Below, in pieces: positions 16,017 to 23,330 of a stretch of 23,330 nt of DNA. The first letter of the stretch is position 1. Each line of letters starts with the position of its first letter. The position numbers were made by a program, and so were the translations under genes. Under the pieces are notes generated by a model. That model saw only the letters and a list, made by a program, of their open reading frames with translations. It ran no database searches and was not told the DNA's origin. Origin of the DNA: a bacterium (lineage in GTDB: Bacteria > Hinthialibacterota > Hinthialibacteria > Hinthialibacterales > Hinthialibacteraceae). The stretch covers positions 1 to 23,330 of the forward strand of contig JBHGBC010000092.1 of the NCBI GenBank assembly GCA_041946805.1, read 5' to 3'.

Positions 16017-16553
16017 TCATTCGCCGTGATTGCCGATCCGTTGGTAGGCCTGGATCCAATCGATCTCCAGGGTGAAGGGACCGGCCTGTTTATCGGAAAT
16101 CATGAATCCGAAGGTTTGGATTTTGCGGACATCGAGCGGCGGGGCATCACTCAACACCCGGCCCCGGAATTTGGGATCAAAGCCCTCAAAGGGCAGATGG
16201 ATGACTTCCCACTCCCGGCCGCGTGTGGCAAACCGCTGCTGATACAAGATCCCTTCAAAATCGGTATCGTTTTTCAGATTCAGTTTGTACGCTTTGCCGT
16301 CTCCTTTCACCCGGATGACGATGCCGAGGTATCCGCTCAGATTCATCTCCCGGGGCGTGGATCGGATTGACGCGAAACCGCCGTTGTTCTCCAGGGAAAC
16401 TGTCCCGGAAAAGACGGCCACACCATCCTCCGTGATCCGCAACCGGGTTTGAGAGACGCCGCCCATGACCGAGTCATCGATCGGCCGCCATAGATTGTGT
16501 TCATGCGCATGGTTGAACGTAAACAGAATTTTCATCACGGGACGATGACTCAT
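16017..16553 (-). CDS. CIA30 family protein
   Basis: WRPIDDSVMGGVS, FSGTVSLENNGGFASIR, VKGDGKAYK, ISDKQAGPFTLEIDWI. Start chosen by GGAG RBS. Confidence 0.92.
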   Translation of the reverse strand: MSHRPVMKILFTFNHAHEHNLWRPIDDSVMGGVSQTRLRITEDGVAVFSGTVSLENNGGFASIRSTPREMNLSGYLGIVIRVKGDGKAYKLNLKNDTDFEGILYQQRFATRGREWEVIHLPFEGFDPKFRGRVLSDAPPLDVRKIQTFGFMISDKQAGPFTLEIDWIQAYQRIGNHGE

Positions 16554-16665
16554 AAGGAGTATTCTCCAGTCCCAATTCTTATTTCCTCCGGTAGGGGAGT
16601 ACATTTTCTTCCTGAAAGCGTAACGGGTATCGAATCGGGCTGACCCAAGTGAACCACTCCAAATT

Positions 16666-16693
16666 CCCTCTCCCTCTGGGAGAGGGCGAGGGC
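16666..16693. repeat. BoxC-like hairpin repeat
   Basis: CCCTCTCCC-TCT-GGGAGAGGG, a perfect 9-bp stem, followed by CGAGGGC. Confidence 0.55.
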
Positions 16694-16885
16694 TTTTTTT
16701 GTAGTGGAGGACCTTGATGGCCGCCCTCATCCCGGAGTGAATGGAATTGATTCTACCTCATTCAGTACGCGTTTACCGGATAAACCAAATTCTTTTTCCG
16801 ATTTCTACTGGGTTGATACCCGCGGATGATGATTCCGCAATCGCCGAATGACACGGCGTTCAATCCCAGCGCGGATTATAACCGG

Positions 16886-17782
16886 TTATTTCCCCAGCAC
16901 ATGCCGCAGCGCGTCTTCCAAGGCGGGCGTTTGAAACACGTACCCGCTGTCCAGCAGCTTTTGGGGGATCACCCGCGCGCCGCCCAGCAGCATTTCCTCC
17001 GCCATGGGGCCGAAGACCGCCCGCGCCGCGAAGGCCGGCAAGGGAAAAAGCGTCGGACGGTTCAGGACCTTGCCCACGGTTTTGGTGAAATCCCGGTTGG
17101 TGGCTGGATAGGGCGCGGTGACGTTGACCGGTCCTTCAATACTCTCAGCGCGCAGGATGTGGCCTAGTGCTCCCACGGCGTCATCGATGGCAATCCAACT
17201 CATATATTGCTTCCCGCTGCCGATCACACCGCCCAGGCCCAGTTTGAACGGAATCAACATCGCGCCCAGCGCGCCGCCCCGGGGAGAAAGCACCATGCCC
17301 AGCCGCGCGTGCACCACGCGCAAGCCCCGCCGCCGGACCGGATCAGCCGCCGCTTCCCATTCCCGGCAAAGGTCCGCCAGGAACCCTGCGCCTGCCGCGC
17401 TGGATTCGGTCAGGATTTCATCCCCCCGGTTGCCGTAATACCCGATCGCGGACGCGCCGATGAAGACACAGGGCGGCTGTTCCAATCCGGCAAGCGTTTC
17501 GCACAGAAAGCGCGTTCCCTCCACCCGGCTCTCGCGGATACGCCGCCGGGCGTCTTCGGTCCAGCGTTTGGCGATATTCTCCCCCGCGAGATGAATCACC
17601 GCGTCGAATCCCTCCAGGCGGGCCCGGTCGAGAATCCGGTCCGCGGGATTCCATTGAATCGAGGGATCTCCCGGTTTGGCTTCCCGCCGTGTCAAGACGA
17701 TCACCTCATGGGCTTCGTTTCGCAAAAAGGCGGACAGGGCGGAACCGATCAATCCCGTCGCGCCGGATATCAGAACACGCAT
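16886..17782 (-). CDS. TIGR01777 family NAD(P)-dependent epimerase/oxidoreductase (YfcH-like)
   Basis: ISGATGLIG, HLAGENI, ASAIGYYG, FLADLCREWE, GLGGVIGSGKQYMSWI, GPVNVTAP; AAGGAG RBS. Confidence 0.93.
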   Translation of the reverse strand: MRVLISGATGLIGSALSAFLRNEAHEVIVLTRREAKPGDPSIQWNPADRILDRARLEGFDAVIHLAGENIAKRWTEDARRRIRESRVEGTRFLCETLAGLEQPPCVFIGASAIGYYGNRGDEILTESSAAGAGFLADLCREWEAAADPVRRRGLRVVHARLGMVLSPRGGALGAMLIPFKLGLGGVIGSGKQYMSWIAIDDAVGALGHILRAESIEGPVNVTAPYPATNRDFTKTVGKVLNRPTLFPLPAFAARAVFGPMAEEMLLGGARVIPQKLLDSGYVFQTPALEDALRHVLGK

Positions 17783-17990
17783 GGCGGTCACTCCTTGCAA
17801 ACCAGGATGCGAAGAATGAATTTACATTTCGATTGTGATGAACTGCCTGAGCCGCCCGGGATCCCAAAGGTTCCGACAATGACGCGTTACCTTATTTTAT
17901 CCCGCTAATCCCCGGGAAACCAAAAACCAGGCAGGCAAACGGCCGCACTTTACGCTCTCTCTTGGAATTTCCCTGCGGCATCCCATCGCT

Positions 17991-19496
17991 TCATGGCCGC
18001 GGGAGCCGCAACTCCCGCGTCAGAAAGCCCGCCTGGTGGGGCGGCAGCCATGCCAGGATCTCCCCCGTGGGGCCGATGAAACCCGAGATGCCGGTGTTGG
18101 CCGCCCGGACGGCGGGAATCCGGTTTTCCACGGCCCGGAAGACCGTCTGCGAAAAATGCTGTTCCAAGCCGGCGGAGCGCTTGTACCAGGCGTCGTTGGT
18201 GATGGTGATGACGAAATCGGCGCCCTGATTCTTCGCCTGCCGCCACATCCACGCCAAGGTGGATTCAAAACAGATCGCCACCGCGAAGCGCGCTCCCTGG
18301 CGCGTGACGAACAGGGTCTGGCGGTCCCCCGGTTTGAAGATCCCCGCGCCCGCTTCTTCGATCAGGGTTTCGATCATCGCAAAGGGCCAATGCTCCCCCC
18401 CGGGAACCCATTCCCCGAAGGGAACCAAATGCATTTTGCTGTAGGAGGGCAACTCGTGAAGATCCACTTCCCGGCCATGATGTCCGATCGCCTTTCCGGG
18501 CGAGAACAAAATGGCCTGATTCAAATAGATGAGTGTATTCTGCGCCGTCGGATTGCCCCACACCGTCCCCGCGAGCAATTCGATATTCGCTTGATCGACA
18601 AATTGTTGGATTTGCTCCACGCCTTCGGGCCAGAAATTGACCGGGTAGGTGATGGTGCTTTCCGGCCAGATGATCAGATCGGGCGCGCCAGCCAAGGCCT
18701 GACGGGACAAATTCAAATAATCGGCCAGCGTCTCCTCCAGGGACGCCGTTTCCTTGCGGTCCTGTTCGTAATTCCCCTGGATCACGGCCACACGGATGGC
18801 AAGCGAACCGGCGGGGGGGTTCTGATAGCGCGCCATCACGGATTCGCCATGGAACCAATTGCCCAGCAAGATCCCCGTGAACACCAGCAACGCGGTTCCA
18901 TCCACGCGTATCCGGCGCCAATCCCGTACAACAAGCGAGTCCGGTTTTCGCGGCCATGGGAGATGCTCCCAAGCGGCCGCCAGCGCGGCGTTGAATCCCA
19001 TCACCAAGAACGAAAGCCCGGGGACACCAATCCAAAAGGCGAGTTGAATCATTTCCCGCCAAGGATACAATCCATGGCCCAGGTATCCCCAGGCAAACGA
19101 AAAGGGGCCGAGGGAGCGGAAATATTCCACGCCCGCCCACGCCAGCGCGGCCAGGGGAACCCAGGCCCGGAAGCGGCGGCATTCCCCGGTGACCACCGCG
19201 AGGAGGGCCATGTACCCCGCCAACACCACGGACAGCAACACCGTCCCGATGACCGTCACATAACCCAGCCAATACAACAAGACGGCGTGAAAGACCAAAC
19301 CCATGCAAAATCCCCGCCACGCGTTCCTCCCGGCGCATCCCGCCTGGACACGGCACAAAAAAGGGACCAGCGCCACGCCGAGCAACGGGGTCACATTCCA
19401 GGGGGGAAATACGAGGGCCAATGCCAATCCGGATAATCCGCAGGCCAGCCAGTCATTCCGGCTCAACCCGGTTCTCAGGGGGGGAATCTTCTTCAT
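17991..19496 (-). CDS. lnt: Apolipoprotein N-acyltransferase
   Basis: N-terminal TM bundle; nitrilase triad motifs IWPES, KMHLVPFGE and ICFES; ITNDAWY; RAANTGIS. Start codon uncertain. Confidence 0.95.
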   Translation of the reverse strand: MKKIPPLRTGLSRNDWLACGLSGLALALVFPPWNVTPLLGVALVPFLCRVQAGCAGRNAWRGFCMGLVFHAVLLYWLGYVTVIGTVLLSVVLAGYMALLAVVTGECRRFRAWVPLAALAWAGVEYFRSLGPFSFAWGYLGHGLYPWREMIQLAFWIGVPGLSFLVMGFNAALAAAWEHLPWPRKPDSLVVRDWRRIRVDGTALLVFTGILLGNWFHGESVMARYQNPPAGSLAIRVAVIQGNYEQDRKETASLEETLADYLNLSRQALAGAPDLIIWPESTITYPVNFWPEGVEQIQQFVDQANIELLAGTVWGNPTAQNTLIYLNQAILFSPGKAIGHHGREVDLHELPSYSKMHLVPFGEWVPGGEHWPFAMIETLIEEAGAGIFKPGDRQTLFVTRQGARFAVAICFESTLAWMWRQAKNQGADFVITITNDAWYKRSAGLEQHFSQTVFRAVENRIPAVRAANTGISGFIGPTGEILAWLPPHQAGFLTRELRLPRP

Positions 19497-19656
19497 CCAA
19501 CACGAGAGGTTCACTGATGCGGTGTGCTCCTGTAAACCAGCGTCCCAGATCGATCATTTTACACCGTTTGCCGCAGAAGGGAAACGTGGAGGTCTTCCGC
19601 CCTTCCGGCAACGGCTTTCCGCAAGTCCGGCAGGTGAAGATGTCCGGCGCGCACAT
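19453..19656 (-). CDS. yacG: DNA gyrase inhibitor YacG
   Basis: CRTCGK...FPFCGKRCKMIDLGRW zinc-finger signature and acidic tail; AGGAG RBS. Confidence 0.9.
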   Translation of the reverse strand: MCAPDIFTCRTCGKPLPEGRKTSTFPFCGKRCKMIDLGRWFTGAHRISEPLVLDEEDSPPENRVEPE

Positions 19657-19755
19657 CGGTTGATCTCCTGTACGTTCCAAGCCTAGGCCCGGCGCGGGAC
19701 ATTTGATCCCATGACTTCAGCAGCATCGCGCTGTTTTTATTTTCCCCGGGCCCGG

Positions 19756-19770
19756 ATTATATGATATACT
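19756..19770. promoter_or_regulatory. Back-to-back -10 elements for the divergent yacG-lnt and small ORF
   Basis: TATAAT on the minus strand (19756-19761) abuts TGA-TATACT on the plus strand (19762-19770). Confidence 0.45.
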
Positions 19771-19811
19771 GGGTAGAGAGAGGGATGAATGTGGCCAAGG
19801 AGGCAACCGCC

Positions 19812-20078
19812 ATGATGGACTTCGAATGGATTCTGTTCTGGTTTGTGATTCTCGCCCTCTTCCTGTTTTCGCTGACTACGGGAAGCGAATGGATATCGTT
19901 CGTAAAAAAAGCGTATAATCACACGGTTAATGTCCTCAAATGGCAACCATTCTTGGAATACATCACCGGGGGAATACGCAAGGGCAAGCGGAACATGGAT
20001 CCCGGCACGGCCGATGTGCACGGGCCGGCCCAAGCCAAGGGCAGCCGGATCTTCCCGCGCTCCCGCCGCAGCACATAG
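19812..20078 (+). CDS. Small hypothetical membrane-anchored protein (88 aa)
   Basis: AAGGAGG RBS, N-terminal hydrophobic helix WILFWFVILALFLFSL, basic tail, plus its own candidate promoter and terminator. Confidence 0.6.
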   Translation: MMDFEWILFWFVILALFLFSLTTGSEWISFVKKAYNHTVNVLKWQPFLEYITGGIRKGKRNMDPGTADVHGPAQAKGSRIFPRSRRST

Positions 20079-20105
20079 AAGAAACATCGATCAGAAAGAC
20101 ACGCG

Positions 20106-20134
20106 GGGCGGCCGGCCGGCCGCCCTGTTTTTTT
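20106..20134 (+). terminator. Rho-independent terminator
   Basis: GGGCGGCC-GGCC-GGCCGCCC hairpin followed by TGTTTTTTT. Confidence 0.75.
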
Positions 20135-20157
20135 GGATCCCGCGCGGCCCATTCCCT

Positions 20158-22482
20158 TCACCGCCCCGGCCCGGCTAGGTGCTTATGCAAGAATTGGAAC
20201 GTCCCCACGCCGTGGATGCTGTGCGGGCCGTCGAAGAATTCAATCTCGGTCCGGTCCGCGAGACCCATTTTGACATAGAGGCGGCGGGTGTTCGCGTACT
20301 CGTAGGCGACCCAGTCGTCGGGCGCGACGCCGTCGTCGTGGCCCCGCTCCACCATGAAGGGGCGGGGGAAAATCAACCAACTGAGTTCGGCGTAATTGAA
20401 CGTGTTGCCCAGGTTGAATTCCGGCATGTCGTATTCGCCCGTCCAGAGATAGCCATATTGAAAACGGGCGTCGTTGTTCTTCCAGATCCATTCGTTGTAA
20501 TCCGCTGAACAGATGGAAAGACAGTACTGGGGCAGCACGGCGGGAATGCGCATGGCGGTTTTTCCCCCATAACTGAGACCATAAAAGCCGATGCGGCCGG
20601 CATCCACAACGGGCAGTGTGGCCAGCCAGTTCACGGTGACTGCATGCTGCCGCTGGATGAAGGAATACAATGTCAGTTTCAGCGGTTGGGCCTTGCGCAA
20701 CGCCTGCCGGAAGGTGTTTCCGCCGATGTATGGATTTTGCGGCGCGTACGTGATGAAACCCTGCTCGGCCAGGCGGCAGGCGAATTGATGATAATAGGGA
20801 TTCTCGTGATCCGGGTCGGCCACATCGCTGGGCCGTCCCTCCAATCCGTGCTGGCAGACCACCACGGGACGTTTTTCGCCGGGTTGGATGTCCTTGGGCA
20901 ATAACAAAATGCCATACGCGAAAACCCCGGGATATACATCCAGTATCACCTCGTAGCCGGTGAACGCCGGAGTGTCATAGGTCTTCCGGGTACGGGGATT
21001 GGGGGGCAAGGAAGGTTCCGGCAGCTGGCCGATGATTTCATTCTTGAAATACTCCCGGTACCACGCGCTGCTTTTGACAAAGGCGTCCCGGCTCGACCGG
21101 TCGGCCGCGGCCCAGAATTTTTCTCGCACAAACTCGCTGTCCCGGGTCAGGGCCTGGCCGTCTTCATACAATTGGGCGTACTGCCGCCGCGCGCGCTCTT
21201 CCGGATTCACTCCCGGCCGCGGGATCCGGGGTGGACGGCCCTCCACGCGGAGTGGCTCCTCGATGCCCAACTCGCGCAGAAATAAAGTCAGCGTTTCCTC
21301 TTTCCCGATTTCGTCCGGCCGGCCTTCCACCCAATGAATCCGGGCGGCCGGTTGCATATCCTTCACCCATTCGCGCGCCCGGGCCACTTCGTGTTTTACC
21401 TGATCCGGATCGGGAATTCTCAACTCGCCCGGCGCGGTGCCGTCCGGCTGGGGATCTCCCGGAGTGGGATGGACCACCTGGGGATACGCGCCGCTTTCGA
21501 TGATCAACGGGCGCGGCGCGACCAGGCCGGCGGTCTCCGCGTCGCCGAACTGTGTCAGCAACGACCAGGTGTTGCGGTAGATCGGTTCCTCCCAAAGGCC
21601 CTCGCGCGGCTGATAATATCCGGAAACCGCCGTGGCGCGGACGCGGGCATCCACGGCCGACGTGTAAAACGCGATCATCCCTCCTTCCCCGTATCCGAAG
21701 AGGCCGATGGGCGTGGATGAATCCATGGCGGCGAACCAATCCATCACCGCCATGGTTTTCTGCATTTCATAACCCGCCATCGTGCGGCCCATTTCGTAAA
21801 ACGCGCGCCACAAAAATTCCCGCTTGGGCAGGCGGCTGGGACGGCCTCCGGGAATCCCGCTGCCCTCCGGGCTCCGGCCGATCAAACACGGAACAACCAC
21901 CCGGCAGCCGTTATCGGCCAGGCGCCGGGCGAATTGGGCGGCTTCGGGTATGCCGGGCATAAGCCCGCACAGCATTTCCGGCGTCCAATCGCAATCCGGC
22001 AGCGCCACGACATTGGCCCGGGGCCGGCCGCGAGGTTCCAGCAACAGTCCTTCCCCCTGCACGCCGCGGAAAACCGTCCAGCGGATGGAATAGACGGTGT
22101 AGTTCGCTCCCTCGGCAACTGCAATCGCGTTGAGATGGGAGGAATCGGAATCGGAAACCACCATGGGGCGGACCAGCTCGGCGCGGACCGGATCGCGCTC
22201 ATCCACAACGCCCAGGATGGCGCGGAGTTGCTTCCGGCACGGTTCCAGGGAGCCGCCGTACTTTTCCGGGGATGAAAAGTCACGCTGCCATTGGCGGGCA
22301 CGGTTGGCGGCGGTTTCCTCCGTGAGGCGCAGCAGGTATTGATCGATGCCCGTGACCATGCGCGCGGCGAAGTCTCCCTCCTCGGTCAGTGGCGCGGTGC
22401 CTTCCAAGGGCTGCGCGGCCACCAAACCGGATACCCCGCATAACCATAGGGACCATATCAATAATCCGGCGCGATATTTCAT
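20158..22482 (-). CDS. Secreted tandem alpha/beta-hydrolase (dienelactone hydrolase/acetyl xylan esterase-like)
   Basis: Signal peptide; two hydrolase-like halves with elbows GLFGYGEGG and GFYGLSYGG; ERGHDDGV and FDGPH in the second half. AAGGAG RBS spaced for ATG 22482. Confidence 0.82.
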   Translation of the reverse strand: MKYRAGLLIWSLWLCGVSGLVAAQPLEGTAPLTEEGDFAARMVTGIDQYLLRLTEETAANRARQWQRDFSSPEKYGGSLEPCRKQLRAILGVVDERDPVRAELVRPMVVSDSDSSHLNAIAVAEGANYTVYSIRWTVFRGVQGEGLLLEPRGRPRANVVALPDCDWTPEMLCGLMPGIPEAAQFARRLADNGCRVVVPCLIGRSPEGSGIPGGRPSRLPKREFLWRAFYEMGRTMAGYEMQKTMAVMDWFAAMDSSTPIGLFGYGEGGMIAFYTSAVDARVRATAVSGYYQPREGLWEEPIYRNTWSLLTQFGDAETAGLVAPRPLIIESGAYPQVVHPTPGDPQPDGTAPGELRIPDPDQVKHEVARAREWVKDMQPAARIHWVEGRPDEIGKEETLTLFLRELGIEEPLRVEGRPPRIPRPGVNPEERARRQYAQLYEDGQALTRDSEFVREKFWAAADRSSRDAFVKSSAWYREYFKNEIIGQLPEPSLPPNPRTRKTYDTPAFTGYEVILDVYPGVFAYGILLLPKDIQPGEKRPVVVCQHGLEGRPSDVADPDHENPYYHQFACRLAEQGFITYAPQNPYIGGNTFRQALRKAQPLKLTLYSFIQRQHAVTVNWLATLPVVDAGRIGFYGLSYGGKTAMRIPAVLPQYCLSICSADYNEWIWKNNDARFQYGYLWTGEYDMPEFNLGNTFNYAELSWLIFPRPFMVERGHDDGVAPDDWVAYEYANTRRLYVKMGLADRTEIEFFDGPHSIHGVGTFQFLHKHLAGPGR

Positions 22483-22632
22483 CGGCATGGCTCCTTGACG
22501 CAATCGGTTTGAATTGTAGATGGTTTACCGCGGAACAGGGGGAAATGCCAGGGCGGAGAGTGTTTCCCCCGGGCAGGGCCGGTTTTCAAACGGGAACCGC
22601 GGTCTTACGGATATAACTCCAATTTTCTCACC

Positions 22633-23330
22633 TCAATCCGCCGGGGATCTGGAAGGCGCCGCGGGTTCCCGGATGACGGCCGTGTTCGCCATCAGATCGC
22701 CCAAGCGCCGCTTGTCCGCGCGGATGTTGGCGCAGAGAAGTTCGACCAAGGCCATATAGGGGATGGCGAAAATCCAGTTGCGGAGAAACGTTTGCCCGAA
22801 GCCGGCCGGCCGGCCGGTTGCGAGATCGATCACCCGCAATCCGGTCAACCACTTGCCCAGACTGCTTCCCTGAAAGGAATCCTTGATGGGGAAATACAAA
22901 AACATAACCACAAATTGCACATAACAGAACATCACCAAGGGATTGAAATCTTGTGTCAAATATGCTTCGGGAGGGAGGGTATTGTACCAAAACCAAACGG
23001 CGGTAACGGCCACGAAATTGCAGGCCATGGCTTCGATGAGAAAGGTCCATTCGCGGATTTGCAGGATGGAGCGGCGTTCCTGGGGAGTCAACGGGACCGG
23101 CGCCGATGACGGAATCCCATCCCCGCCCAAAGGGACCGGGGGGACGTGCCCGCGCAGTCCCGCCACAAAGAAAATCAACAAAAAAAGCCCAATCAGATTT
23201 AACACAAACGGCAGTTGCAGGAGGAGATCGAGGTACTCCACATACTCATTCAACCGCTGCGAATTCACCAATCCCATCAACAACCAAAAACAAAGATAAC
23301 TGATGAGGTTGATCGCCAGGAACGCCAGGA
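22633..23330 (-). CDS. RDD family membrane protein (5' end outside the window)
   Basis: GSSLGKWLTGLRVID, QTFLRN and RRLGDLMANTAV motifs. The frame stays open to the window edge. Confidence 0.85.
   Translation of the reverse strand, partial: LAFLAINLISYLCFWLLMGLVNSQRLNEYVEYLDLLLQLPFVLNLIGLFLLIFFVAGLRGHVPPVPLGGDGIPSSAPVPLTPQERRSILQIREWTFLIEAMACNFVAVTAVWFWYNTLPPEAYLTQDFNPLVMFCYVQFVVMFLYFPIKDSFQGSSLGKWLTGLRVIDLATGRPAGFGQTFLRNWIFAIPYMALVELLCANIRADKRRLGDLMANTAVIREPAAPSRSPAD

Noticed and set aside
16554..16730. N-terminal extension of the CIA30 protein
   Set aside because: It runs through the BoxC-like repeat; the domain begins right after the RBS-supported ATG at 16553.
9359..19436. Long antisense ORFs (9359-10678, 11212-12720, 13943-14749, 18036-19436)
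   Set aside because: They mirror well-supported genes in GC-rich DNA and contain no recognisable motifs.

Overview
GC-rich bacterial window. Bases 1-2945 look like the right end of a tRNA-integrated prophage. It carries a 5'-truncated internal-virion/DNA-ejection gene resembling T7 gp16, then an orphan ORF, 11-bp-phased repeats, an IHF-consensus site and the 3' half of a tRNA-Ala(GGC) as attR. Directly beyond is the relic of a second element: the C-terminus of a tyrosine integrase pointing at the tRNA, with its own 11-bp repeats, fused to the N-terminal stump of an NMT1/THI5-like binding-protein gene. Next come a DASS/SLC13 transporter, an apparently internally deleted sensor kinase, a receiver protein and a REC-PP2C phosphatase. 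After these lie a Tat-type two-subunit molybdoenzyme, a Tat-type Gfo/Idh/MocA dehydrogenase, a secreted coiled-coil/(GGP)n protein, a ThuA-domain protein and an FAH-family hydrolase. The minus strand then carries CIA30, TIGR01777, lnt, yacG, a tandem alpha/beta-hydrolase and a truncated RDD gene, with one small orphan membrane gene on the plus strand. REP-like and BoxC-like palindromes occur in the intergenic gaps. All family calls come from recognising motifs by eye; no searches were run.
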